Positions 26,420 to 40,171 are shown, counted from the stretch's first letter. The stretch: DNA of 64,000 nt from Eledone cirrhosa (GCA_964016885.1 OZ024743.1:229276001-229340000); one strand, 5' to 3'. Notes: a model not told the origin generated them from the letters alone. Program-made: numbers and translations.

Positions 26420-27520
26420 ATATATGTAATATAACTGGTTGAAACATTCCGACCAACTGAGATTAGCAAAGCAATTAGAAGATAACATGTCCCTATGTGT
26501 TTAAAAACATAAAAACAGCAAACAAGAGAGATAACTCCAATACGATCAGTTGATTGAAATATGCGGACAATATAGACAATGCAGAATGGAGTGGATCTGG
26601 TCTTCAAAAACAACTGATATGAGCAACGAAGATGTTTTGGTCTTTAAAGAATAGATTCACTCCAATAGGCATTGTTTAATAGTGTCCAAATATTCTGTTC
26701 AACTGATCTTATTGAAGTTATCTCTCTTCCTTTTTATTTTTAGATTTTCAACACTCCTGATGGGGGTCGGCAATTGTTTTGGAGAGGGGCTGATTAGACT
26801 GGAAATGAGCCAAGGTGAATAAAAACTAAAGCTCATCATACAAGACCATAGAAGCAGTTTGTGCCTAACTTTTTATTATAAGAATTTAACATAAAATAAA
26901 TTTCATGTTTATTTTTTTTACTGGCGACATAAAGAACAACCGGAACAGCAGACGTTTCTTAACATCGTTAAATTACGACATGGAATAAGTCCCATTTCTC
27001 AAGTGCATTCTTTAGACAGTGTCATTCTGTAAGTGCAATAGCTATAGGAGTTGATGTATACCAATGGTGGTTTGCATTCTCATGGATTTTGTTCTTGCTA
27101 GTCTACATCGACGGAATTCTAAGAGTATTTATGAAACATGTAAGAACAATATGTTGTATTTTCTGTATACAAACAGAATAACAGGATTCTTTTCATGTTT
27201 TGACGAGCTTATAAACTGTAAATATTCCTTCATTAAATTTGCCTCGGATTTTCTAATATAAGCCGTCATATGGATAATGTTTATTATATATTACGGAATA
27301 CAAATATTCATATAGACAGTGAACGAGCATGGTCATAAATATGAGGTTTCACCCTATGAACCTAAAATATCTACAAACACACGCTCCTACTTTAAAAGAA
27401 GGTTAATTTAATCATATTCTTGAGAAGAAATTTTTTCTGATAGTTTAAAAATTTCAAATTTTCTGTGATTTTCTTCTTTTTGAACTGCTTAACGTAGGTT
27501 TTCTTTCAAGCAGAGTGAAA
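26420..27520 (+). mobile_element. Possible highly decayed Penelope-type element (EN end and pLTR, then RT remnant)
   Basis: Weak translated resemblance: HVPMCLK, LIEICGQ, then ctgatgg...gaaa...AATAAA (26757-26823), then PM..VLAS, LYFLY, LINCKYSFIKFASD (compare the PLE consensus LNSxHPSIKFTxE). Confidence 0.35.
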
Positions 27521-27781
27521 ATGTTCTACTGTGATTTTTTTTTCAGTGTAACTTTATATATAAATATATAAATATATATATATATATATATAAATATCTA
27601 TATAAATATGTATATATATTGTTATACTTTGGGAGGGTCATGTTGCCAATAAGAAACACACGCACCAGTTGCTTTCACTTCAATTTATTATATATTTATA
27701 AATTTATAAATTTACAAATCTACAAACTTATAAATTTCTGGTTGGTTGGTTGGTTCCACAACCAGATAGTTGTTTATATAT

Positions 27782-27826
27782 AGTCATAGTCCTTTCGTCA
27801 CACACTCTGTGACCTCTTCAGTGACT
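27782..27826 (-). ncRNA. Minimal type I hammerhead ribozyme (left pLTR)
   Basis: Exact reverse complement of the motif at 28748-28792. Confidence 0.8.
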
Positions 27827-28030
27827 GGGGATTCCTTTCTTTGTTTCTGTGCCTTTCCTTTCTTCTGTCCTACGCCATTTTGTTTCTGTGTGTGTGTTGT
27901 GTGCTCAGTTTGCGCATGCGCCACATCCGGGTGTCTGTGTGTGTTTGTGTTCATTTATCTATTTGTTTATTTATTTACATGTTGTTGGTTGGTTGTGTGT
28001 TCTATGTGTGTGTGTGTTTTCATTTTGTCC

Positions 28031-28542
28031 TTAATTGTAAGTTGTGATGTTGCTGTTCCACTCATATTTTCTATTTAATTTTGGTTGTAATTCTTTTATG
28101 CTTACTGCCTCTGTAATTTGCCTAAACATTGCATCTTTCTGTGTGTGGATTCTATTTTTATTTCTATGTTCTCTAATTTACCCTTGTGTTCTATCTTAGC
28201 ATGTTGGTAGAGTACAGATGATTCTTTATTATCTTGAAGGTCTCGCCAGTGTTCATTTATCCGTTCCCCTATACTACGAGCTGTCTCACCTATGTACACT
28301 ATATTTTTGTTTCTACATTGTCCTTCAGTACATCTTATGCTATACACTACATTTCTAGTTTTACAGTTAATATGGGGGCTTATTTTACAGGTTATACATT
28401 TCTTATCTATACATGAGGGTATTTGGAACGGGTATGTCTTGCTAATAAGTGTTTTTACGGAGGTACTTGGTCTTTCTACTATCTTAATATTGAGTTTATG
28501 TTTATTTAGGGCCCTTCTAAATTTGTAGGCTAGTTCGCCTCT
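28031..28542 (-). pseudogene. PLE GIY-YIG endonuclease domain with Cys/His motifs
   Basis: CIDKKCITC...CKTRNVVYSIRC...C...VYIGETARSIGERINEH...SVLYQHAKIEH; after a frameshift it continues ELQPKLNRKYEW...stop at about 28031. Confidence 0.88.
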
Positions 28543-28747
28543 AGGACAAAATGAAAACACACACACACATAGAACAAACAACCAACCAAAAACATGTAAA
28601 TAAATAAACAAATAGATAAATGAACACAAACACACACAGACACCCGGATGTGGCGCATGCGCAAACTGAGCACACAACACACACACAGAAACAAAATGGC
28701 GTAGGACAGAAGAAAGGAAAGGCACAGAAACAAAGAGAGGAATCCCC

Positions 28748-28792
28748 AGTCACTGAAGAGGTCACAGAGTGTGTGACGAAAGGACTATGACT
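28748..28792 (+). ncRNA. Minimal type I hammerhead ribozyme (inverted pLTR)
   Basis: agtca-CTGAAGA-g-gtcaca(gagtg)tgtgac-GAAA-g(ga)c-TA-tgact: 5-bp stem I, 6-bp stem II, minimal stem III, CUA triplet. Confidence 0.8.
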
Positions 28793-29008
28793 ATATATAA
28801 ACAACTATCTGGTTGTGGAACCAACCAACCAACCAGAAATTTATAAGTTTGTAGATTTGTAAATTTATAAATATATAATAAATTGAAGTGAAAGCAACTG
28901 GTGCGTGTGTTTCTTATTGGCAACATGACCCTTCCAAAGTATAACAATATCGGTTTCAACACACGATTTCAGATAAAGAATCTTGCTAAACAACTTCAGA
29001 AACGAAAT

Positions 29009-30440
<1,432 letters not shown>

Positions 30441-30950
30441 ACCCTGCTAAAAATTAATGAAAGAATTATTTCCCTTTAGACTTGTTTTCTGCATTTACAC
30501 AAAGTGAACCAGCCACATGCGGCGCGTTGTATGGTTTATTAAAAGGCATACACGTCCGCACACTACTATACAAAATATTACACACACACACGCAAATATT
30601 CACGCCCAGTAGTTATATTGAATTACCAACAAAAAATATCAAAAGAACAAACTTCAATGGAAAAGAAGAAAAAAGAATTGAGGGTTGTTTTTCTCACCGT
30701 TTTTCCATTCCTAGCCACTCCCACAGATTCATAGAAATACTCTACACTAAACCGCCTCCTCAACTTGGCAAGGTTTTCAACTATGCCTGCACCCTTACAC
30801 CCAGTCTCGTAGAACAAACAAAACTTGAAGCAGGTAGCAGTAGCAGTTTAGGAACGGGTACGAAGCTACTTCTGTGACGCAAAAGCCTTAATGATGCCTG
30901 TCTGTCTGTGTGTTTGTATATGCGTGTGTGCGAATCAAATATGCGATATA

Positions 30951-31090
30951 CTCTTTTATATTTATACCGGTTTCAATCATTAGACAGCCACCATGCTGGA
31001 GTACCGCCTTAAAATCGATCGCATGGTCTCATCTCCTTCAAGTTTGATACTTATTCTATCAATCGCTTTTTGCCGAACCGCTATGTTACT
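30951..31090 (-). mobile_element. SINE family C, 3' part
   Basis: ggtttcaatcattagacagccaccatgctggagtaccgcc is the reverse-complement homolog of 32126-32162. Confidence 0.6.
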
Positions 31091-31649
31091 CGACATAAAC
31101 ACAGACATAACATAACACAGACTCGACATAAACACTGCCCATAACCTTTTTACAGGAGTCGACTTAAACAACTTTAAGCGGAACATCAAAGGCATCAATT
31201 TCAAAATTTAAAGCTACATTTCTGTTCACTCATATACTAACTGCTTTAACCGCTCCTGTTCTCCAAACATTTTATCGGCCATTCTAAAGAGTTCATATTT
31301 AAATCAAAACTTTCAAAACAGTATTATACAAGGTCGTGTTAAGTTATCTTACAAATATCTTAATACTGAAGTAATTAATGATTTCCGTTGATCCCCTCAA
31401 ACTCTCCAATCATTACATGATTGTATCTCATTAGAGACATGGTGAGGTGTGAAATACATTTATAGTCACCTCTACAAAATTCCAACATGGCAACCATTCG
31501 TTGACCAAGCAAGTTGTGATAGATTTAGAGATGGGAATGGACTTCCGTAACAGTTATTCATTCTTGTCCCTTTACAAAGAGGATTCGAATGGATTAGTCT
31601 ACCAATTAAATTGTATCTATAGAGATATTTAACATTTCTCTACTAAACC

Positions 31650-31909
31650 GCAGACGCGACTGTTGTTCAGAACTAGTTGGTTCTGGTTTCAATCTCGCAG
31701 TGCAGCAGCTTGAGTAAGTGTCTTTCACTATTGCCTCGGGTTGACCAGCACCTTGTAGCGAAACTTAGTAAACTGAAACCACAAAAGCCTGTCGTAAATG
31801 TGCATGTGTGTGCTCAAGCAAGGCCGCACTAACTGAAACAGTTTTAAGGTGAACCCAAGCATGATCGCACTAACCGAAACAAGTATATATATATATATAT
31901 ATATGTATA

Positions 31910-31978
<69 letters not shown>

Positions 31979-32180
31979 GCGTGTGCGTGCGCGTGCGCGC
32001 ACACGTCTGTATCTGTGTCTCGCAACAACGTTTCGACCTTAAAGGATCGATAAAAAAATAAGTACCATAAATACTAGACTTAAACAAAATAAATAAATAC
32101 TGGGGTCGATGTGATCGACTTTCGGGCGGTTCCCCAGCATGGCCACAATCTAATGACTGAAAGAATAAAATAATAAAAGA
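31650..32180 (+). mobile_element. SINE family C with internal TA/GT microsatellite
   Basis: ggtttcaatctc...gcagcttgagtaagtgtcttt...gcctcgggttgacc head shared with 51021; 3' end actggggtcgat...ccccagcatggccacaatctaatgactgaaag plus A-rich tail. Confidence 0.65.
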
Positions 32181-32626
32181 GTGGGGGGAAAAGTCATATG
32201 CCAAAATAGAGCTAAACTAGAAAAGAGTTGACCCTTTAAGATACAGCAACTGCAAGAGTTCCAGTAAGCATGGTGATTCTCAGCATCTAAGTTTATTAGA
32301 AAGTAAATACTGCTAGGAAAAGTTTGGAATTCTTTAGCTTCTAGGAACATGAAGCAGCAGGGAGATTTCTTAGTTCTGAACTAATACAAGAAGTAGTTTG
32401 TATTATTCTTTGCTTCTTAAACTTTCTTTTGGTAAACGCGTGTTAGGGTGTCTACTTTGTGTGAGTGAGTGTGCGTATGATGTGTGGCGTGTATCTGTGT
32501 GTGCACACCTGACTAGTAACTTGAAATATTCATATTTAAACTATATAACATAGACAGCATACAACCTGTGTGCTTGATAGAAACAATATTACTATAAAGA
32601 CATAATTCAAATATGTTACCATGAAA

Positions 32627-32694
<68 letters not shown>

Positions 32695-32696
<2 letters not shown>

Positions 32697-32865
32697 CATA
32701 CCTATGAATGTATTTACATACCTATGAATGTACATGCATATCTATGAATGTATATACATACATATGAATGTAGATACATACATATGAATGTACATACATA
32801 CATATGAATGTACATACATACATATGAATGTACATACATACATACATATGAATGTACATACATGA
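32695..32865. repeat. 20-bp minisatellite (tacatacatacatatgaatg)n
   Basis: About 8 imperfect tandem units visible. Confidence 0.85.
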
Positions 32866-33944
32866 TGGCTGCAAACTCGTGTTTAAGCATTGCCATCACC
32901 TGATAAAATGCTAAAAAATGTGACTTGCACCCTCTGGCACACACATGACAACTGTAGGCTCCTCTGGTAATTTCCACTACATACATATGAATGTACATAC
33001 ATACACACACATGTATGAGCACATAAATGTATGCTTAATCAGTGCTGATTAAAAAAACTAGACTAGGCAACGAGTATAATATTTAAATGTATCGAGATTA
33101 GGCAACAGTTTATGGTTTTATGTTAAGCACAATGTTTCAAATAGGTGACTATAATTTAAATATAAGCTATTTTTCATTCTTAGTTTCGTATTCAATTGTA
33201 TAAACTTACAAATAGAGAGTGAAAAAAAACGAAAAAAGTGGGTAAGGAGTGAGGAAGAAAAATCATTAAAAAACAAGAAGGGGGAGAAATGAGGAAAAGG
33301 CAAACTCTACATACTTAGCTAAAAAAGCATCACCCCAGCAGTGGACAACATGGCACAAACATTGCTGGAGTACAGTCAGCATTACCCATTGCATTAGTCA
33401 TTCCACACAAGAATGAGAAAGAAATGAGTGAGTAAGCTCTATGCATGTGCCTTTACTTTCATCTTTTATAAACCACCATTTATAAAGTAAAATTAGTTTT
33501 ACGTTCAATCATAAAGAGTTAATTCTTGAACAATGTTGTTTAACTGGAATAAGCACATTTTGGATACTTCAAAGGATTTCAAGTATTTCCTTAAGGTAGT
33601 TGAGTTATGAAGAAGAATAACACTTAGATTCAACAACAAATTCTAATAGAGATTTCCACTTTGTAAATTATTTTATTCATGATTTCCCCCATTCTCTACT
33701 TCAGAAAAAATATGATGGTAGTTGTAGTAGTGATAATGAGAGTGGTTTCTTTCATTTACCACAAGGGCATCAGATGAAGGAAACAAACTACATCATGACT
33801 GTGATGGAGTTTACATATAAATTAGAGGAAATATAGTATACTATTAAATAAAGTATTCAGTCCTCTTAGTATACAGATAGCAGAATACATAAGGCTAACT
33901 GAAGAAGCTCACAGGCCCACAATCACTCTGACCATCAAGGGTGA

Positions 33945-34165
33945 GTGGTTTCTAATTTAGGCAAAAGGTCAACAATTTCTAAAAAGGCTAAAGTTGATTA
34001 AAACCACCTCCAGTACTATAGTGGACATTTATTTTATTGACCATTGGATACATGAAGGGCAAAGTTAACCTTGGCAGAATTTTTACTCGGAACATAAAAT
34101 ACCATAAGTAAATCCTGCAAAGTATTTTGTCAAGCACTCTAATGACTGTTGATTGACCACTCTGA
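33945..34165 (-). mobile_element. SINE family A, diverged copy
   Basis: ggtttctaatttaggcaaaagg...ttattttattgacc...atgaagggcaaagttaaccttggcagaat. Confidence 0.65.
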
Positions 34166-35129
34166 TAATAATAATGATTTCTTTATTGATAATAATAATA
34201 ATAATAATAATAATAATAGTAATGATGATAATAGTAACAGGTGTGATTTGTCACAGAAAGGACAATATCCATGTAAATGAGAAAGAGAGAAAAAATTGAT
34301 ACCAGTTACAAGGCTTTTGAGTTCTAATAAAAAAGGAGAGGAACACATGGATGGAAGCTTTATGTGGAGGATTGGCTGAAGTTAAAAGATAAGTAAACAA
34401 GATAATAGATATTAAAGAGTAAATACATGGAAGGCAGTTGGAAGTGAACTAAGTGTGAAAAGTACTCTCTGCAATTATCCTATAAAAACTTGGCATTCAT
34501 TATGTTGTAAAAGAGATAAACAAAGAATACCAGACTTTATTTCCCATTTGTGTCGACTGCCATCAAGCCATCTAGTGTCTTTGGTTCCCAGAGAATCGTT
34601 TTCCTCCCCAAAATAGGGAAGAGGGCATCTTGCCTGAGAATCATACCCCCATGAGGTGCAAGAGTTGATGCTGTGGATATCACTGGCTGCTCCTCATAGC
34701 AATGTTTTTGCTGTTTTGTCTGTGGAGCATAGCTGAGATATACTGACCAGTCAAGAGTGTAGAGTTAGCCACCTTCCTTATTGTTTCTTTCTCGCTCCCC
34801 TTTTCATTTTTCTACTAGTTTGAAAATACAAGTGAGCATGAAAATATTAATCATTAAAAATATTTCATTAATCAAAAATCATTTAGGCTGCTAAATCTTC
34901 TGGTCCATTGTGAAGTTATAGGCAACACTTTAGTGTGAACTCCCATAATGAGTATGGTTAAATCGGTCAAGTCCTATAATGCTAAACCCTTCTGAAGCAG
35001 TGAAATGTCTTTTAAGATGCTTGTTGTGTAGGCTTACCTTCATCCTACTCATTTTTACTGTGTTAAACAATGAAAGAGGTTGACATATTAAATTACAAAT
35101 TCAATCGAGGTATTTTGTTTTATTATAAT

Positions 35130-35268
35130 TGTTTCTACTTTCTGGTACAAGGCCAGCAATTATCCCAGTGCATTACTGGTGCTTTATTTTATCGACCCCG
35201 TAAGGATAAAAGGCAAAGTTAACCTCGGCGAGATTTGAGGTTAACTCGCCAAGGTTAACTTTGCCTTT
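35130..35268 (-). mobile_element. SINE family A, 5'-truncated with fold-back inversion
   Basis: Family A 3' motifs, then 24-bp inverted arms at 35209-35232 and 35245-35268 with one mismatch. Confidence 0.8.
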
Positions 35269-35758
35269 GTGTGTAAGTAATAGAGAGAGTGAGAATTTTC
35301 TAAGTATCAGTGCCTGTTTGAAAAATCCTTTTCTCCCTATGCAGTCACCAATACTGATATAACCATAGCCAAGTGATCTATTAGTTTTCAGATGTTAAAA
35401 ACCAAAGAAATAATATTGGAATTTGAAACCAACAGCTGTGACCTAAACTTCCCACCTATAAGTTTACAGTATCACTGTTCAGCTACAACTATATACACAT
35501 ATCTACATTACATAAAATATATCGCTTTTAAGGACATGTAAAAAGCCAACAGCATATGGCTATTAAAGAAATGTTTCAGTAAATAAGCTCAAAGGATTAT
35601 GTATACACACATACACACACACTTATACAGTATCTTAACTGACACTCTTTAATTATAATACGTTTTGTCTAGAGTCAGGTTTGGTCAGACTGGTTTCAAA
35701 AGGGATAATAAAAGCGTCCTGTGTAGGGGATATAATTTTTTTATAACTTCAACATCAA

Positions 35759-37188
35759 TTTTTTTTTTTTTAAAACACTTTAGTCTTTATTGTGTTGTAT
35801 CAGATGAAAGAATAGTATTTAACTAATGTATTGGTACGCGATGGGGCCCACCCACAGCCCCGGCGGACAGAATAGAGAAGGCGTTTCCCCGGAGGACGGT
35901 AAGGGAGACGCGCTGGAAAAGCCACTCCAACTCGCGGGGCTCACACCTGCGGCTGGCCAACTCAGCGCCTATGGTGGTGAGTAAGGAGGTAGCCCTGGGG
36001 CCGAGGACACCAGAAGTCTCCACTGCCAGGGGAACGACCGCAAACCTGTCGGAGAGCGACCGGTATTTGAGGAGTTTGGCCCCCTCAGCTCGACGTGCAG
36101 CAGAACCTGGGTCAGTCGCGGACTGCACCAGGTTGCAGCTGCAGAAAGTGTCGGTGCAAGTGGCATCCCAGACGAGGGGTTTGCCACCGCGGAACGGGAA
36201 GATGGTTATGCCATCTGGCCTTTTGTCGTCCCCTCGATCCAGCCCCACCGGCTCGAGCTGGGAAGGGAAGCCTGCAGCGTCCAAGCCATGCTTAGTGACA
36301 TCGTTGAGGGCAGCATGGCGTGAAATGTGGCCGGCACTGTGGAGACAGGAAAGCGGGTGGAGGCCGAAAGAGTCCACGGTGGAACCGCAGCGACATTGGT
36401 GTGGCTGGCAGATCCGGAGGCCGAGCCTCAGGGAAACGCCGATTCGCAGGCTATAGTTGTCTAGCTGCGTGCCAGTGGAGATGGAGGGCAGGGCATGGAG
36501 CCAGGCACCACTGTGGGGTTTGGAGGCCGCACGAAAACAAGCAAGTCGGTGCTGGTCGAGCTGGCGCGTCTGCACTGGATGGCATCCCAAGTGCGTTGGG
36601 GGGGGGGACTTGACGTTAACAGGGGGAGAAGGAGGAGGGACATCTACTGGGCTAAGTCCAAGCCGGCCCCACGTCTCACAGGCGGCCTCACGTTCTCTGA
36701 ACACAGAGGGTTCTGCTGTGTTTTGAAGAACCCTGCTGACGAGGACGCGGCACGAGGTTACCGACGAAAGATACGCCGGCAAAGCTAGTGAGATCGGGGA
36801 CCGGAGGCCAAGGCCGCCATACCTGATCGGTAAAATGGCCTGTTGCCACCCTATGTCGTCAAACTTGACGTTGCATATCCCCTCGGCTGCTGCTCGGATA
36901 CAAGTATCGAGGTCAGCGAGGAGAGATGTCTGGGTGTAGCATGGAGCGCTGCGGAGTGTATAGAGAAGCTTCGGCATGGCGAAGCAGTTCCTCAGCAGAA
37001 AGAGAGCTGGGTCGCCGTCAATCAAGCCCAGTCGACTCGTGAGAGTCTGGAGCTGTTGAAGCCTGGACCTGATGGTGGAGCGGATGGCCGGCGGGTGGAT
37101 CGGTGACCGGAGGATAAGGACATCCTCTTTGGGGGTCACGTGAACCTGGCGGAGAATGGACCGCACGTCCAAGACGGAGGCTGCAAAA
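35759..37188 (-). mobile_element. 5'-truncated CRE-clade non-LTR retrotransposon (restriction-like endonuclease)
   Basis: GC-rich insert with short 3' UTR, AATAAA and poly(A) (T run at 35759-35771 on +); possible short TSD caatttt at 35756 and 37189. Confidence 0.88.
35823..37172 (-). pseudogene. CRE-like ORF C-terminus: RT thumb, CCHC zinc knuckle, PD-(D/E)xK endonuclease
   Basis: LPIRYGGLGLRS, SGAWLHALP, LRLGL, CRCG...HPLSC, RHAALND, EP...KRPDG, WDAT, KLLKY, PLAVETSG, QRVSLTVLRGNA. The RT core is missing. Confidence 0.88.
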
Positions 37189-37594
37189 CAATTTTACATT
37201 ATGAGAAAAGTTTGATAGATGGATGGCTCAAAATTATCAAATTTATAAATAATTAGAAAGTCTCAGAGATAGGTGAAATACCCTGTGTATATGCTCAGCT
37301 TTATCACTAGTTTCATATTACAAATATAAAATCCTAATGATATAAAAACAATTTAAAAGAACATCTATAATAAGTACACTGTAGTTAGGCAGAAAACAAT
37401 CTAAAGTAATTTCTGAGTAGAAAGATAAAATAAGCAGCCTGGCCGAAACCCCCTCTGATCCAATGAAGTACAACCAGCTATGTTAAGGGGTTCCTATTTC
37501 AATAAAAAATCTCCCAATATAATTATATATAAGAATCATTTAATTTTGTTACATTAAAAATATAGTAAGAAATGGGATAAACCCAATCAGTATT

Positions 37595-37825
37595 CAAACT
37601 GCCTGAAACCATTATTTGGGTTTTACAAAACAAAACTGTTTGTTGTAAAGTTTTTATATGTATTCAAAACCCTGCCACCATAATGTTATATAAAAAAGTT
37701 TGTCAAGTTATACTCCAATCACAAACTTAATAAGTTAGTTGTTTTACTAAATCTCTTCAAAGTTTTGATTACTCTAAAACTTTTTTAAATATCAGTGTAT
37801 TTCATTAGAAATATGGTATTAACAG
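37595..37825 (-). mobile_element. piggyBac-like MITE family, diverged copy
   Basis: By-eye reverse-complement similarity to 14061-14300 and 52876-53090; shares tcattagaaatatggt with 40573. Confidence 0.45.
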
Positions 37826-37985
37826 ATATACGTATATAAATTTGAATTTGAAAGGTTTATTGCTTTTAAGAGATGTCAATTTAATATAAAACATAGTAAT
37901 CTGAAGTGAGTGTTAATCTACCAAAAGATCTTAATCTGTATAAATTATTTATGTCTCTTAGAGTTTGCTAAATAAACATCTATAA

Positions 37986-38318
37986 AATTTCGTTTCTGAA
38001 TTTGTTTAGCAAGATTCTTTATCTGAAAACGTGTGTTGAAACCGATATTGTTATGCTTTGGGAGGGTCTTGTTGCCAATAAGAAACACACGCACCAGTTG
38101 CTTTCACTCCAATTTATTATAAGTTAAATTTATAAATTTAAGAATTTATAAATTTCTGGTTGGTTGGTTGGTTCCACAACCGGGCGGTTGTTCATATATT
38201 ATCAAAGTTCTTTCGTCACACATTCTGTGACCTCTTCAGTGACTGGGAATTCTTTTCTTTGTTTTTGCGCTTCTCCTTTGTTCTGTCATACGCCATCTTG
38301 TTTTTATGTGTGTTGTGT
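37986..38318 (-). mobile_element. Solo pseudo-LTR of the PLE family at 27616-29008
   Basis: Clear identity over about 330 bp: tttcgtttctgaa...gttgccaataagaaacacacgcaccagttgctttcact...ctgtgacctcttcagtgactggg. Confidence 0.9.
38201..38244 (-). ncRNA. Minimal type I hammerhead ribozyme (solo pLTR copy)
   Basis: Minus strand: agtca-CTGAAGA-g-gtcaca(gaatg)tgtgac-GAAA-g(aa)c-TT-tgat. Confidence 0.7.
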
Positions 38319-38432
38319 AAAATGTTAGGCATGAATTTTTAAAACTATGCATATTTTCTAGTATATAACTTACACATATGGCTGAAAAGATTGTACTTCT
38401 TATTCTATTTCTAAATCCCACACTCATTAAGA

Positions 38433-38620
38433 GAAGGCATAAGGCCTAATGGCTGGGGTGTTGGACTCATGATAACATTGTGTGGGACCACGCAGCCTGA
38501 TATGTTCTTGGGCAAGATGTTTCATATCAGGTTACTTTTCATGATAGGACTGGGGCGATTATTAAAACATATAAGAAACCTATTTATGACATGTAACCTC
38601 TGTGGGAAGCCACATAAGCC
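38433..38620 (+). mobile_element. SINE family B-like head, diverged
   Basis: gaaggcataaggcctaatggctggggtgttggactcatgat...tgttcttgggcaagat. Confidence 0.45.
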
Positions 38621-40171
38621 AGCATGGGTGTGAGCTGTAAATTTCATTTCATTTTTACATTTCCAACTAATGAAGAATGAGAAAAAAAAAGGTGTATAGA
38701 GTTGTTTCATCATAGTTATGAAAATAAAAACATAATATAATAAAAAACATATATGTCTTCCTTTGAATATATTAGGCATCATAAATTAAGAAACGTGTAT
38801 TCAAAATTGGGATTGACTAAGTTACATGAAATGAATACAAGCTTTAGAGTTGCGTAAAAGTTTTATATAACTTGACACATCGAAATCATAAAATATACCT
38901 GAGGTATGTTAATTTGAAAAGAAATCTAAACAAGTATTTCTTTTCATTGGAACATCAGCCAGAGTATTTGAAATGATATACAAATAGGAAAAAGAGATCA
39001 TGCGAAAACGTATCCGATTATAGGATTGCCAACAAGTGAACTTCTATAATTAATTACTAACAATGCAGCAGGCAGAATCTGTTGAATATCTATCTATCTA
39101 TCCACACACACACTTTAAAGCACCAATCATAGCTTTGTGTAAAGAGCATTCTACACTCCAATGACTAGCAAATATTTGTATTCTGATAATAATCCTTACA
39201 AAAGCCAACAAGCATATAACACCTTTGAAGGGTTTGCCAAATAAGTCACCACTTTGAAATCAGAAATTCTTAACATATAGCTCAGTTACCATTTATAGCT
39301 GTAAATAATACAAGAAAAGAATTAACTTCCATCATTATTATTACAATTATGACCACAACTTTCACCACTCTCAAACTGTATATATAGTCTGAAATATATT
39401 TCTGGTGAAAATCTGCTGGAATGCTTATATTAAGTCAATTTACCCTTACAGATGTAAAAAAAAGTTGCACAAAGATGCCTGCAGGAATCGAACAATAAAT
39501 TTATTAAAATATTGTACAGTTGATATATACATTGTGGTAGCTTTTTATACGTAACGGAAATAAATTTCAAATTGCATATGTAGCGATTCTATGTGGAGTA
39601 ATACTTATAACACCTTTAATTAAGTCATTACAGATCGTTTACAAAACTAAAATATCTATCGAATTCACCGCAGAAAAATAAATTCAAATAACTTTCCTCA
39701 AGAATACCTTGAATTTCATTTCATGACGAATCATTTCCATTATTGTATAAATAACTTATTTTTCTATCTGCAAACACAGCATATTATATAAAATAGCAAA
39801 CTTAATTTGAGTGGCATATAACAGTTTAGACGACCAATTATAAATGTATAAAAAATGAATTTCTGAGATTTCTAAGAACGAAAGTTTAATTCATTCATCA
39901 GATATATTTAATTTATTAAATAGTTTGTTTATCTCAAAGAAAGTATTCAGTTTTATATACATGGTAAAAATCAATATATAATAAATAAATACATTTATTG
40001 TACAGGGCTAAATAATAACTACAAACTTCAAATTTTAGCAAAGTCTATTATAATCTTTTTATACAATTTCAATGTACAAAATTTTGATACTATTTTGAAT
40101 CCCATTTTGTTGAAAATAAGAAGTTATCATAATGTTTTACATAGTGTGGTAATGTCCAGTGATAAGTAACA

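Larger units (their letters stand above)
27616..29008 (-). mobile_element. 5'-truncated Penelope-like element with inverted pseudo-LTRs
   Basis: Arm 27616-28031 is the near-perfect reverse complement of 28543-28950 (the right arm extends to ~29008). The spacer encodes a GIY-YIG endonuclease on the minus strand. Confidence 0.9.

Noticed and set aside
28530-28962. Hydrophobic N-terminal extension on the GIY-YIG ORF (28102-28725) and duplicate ORFs at 27770-28078
   Set aside because: These are antisense translations of the inverted pLTR, not coding sequence.
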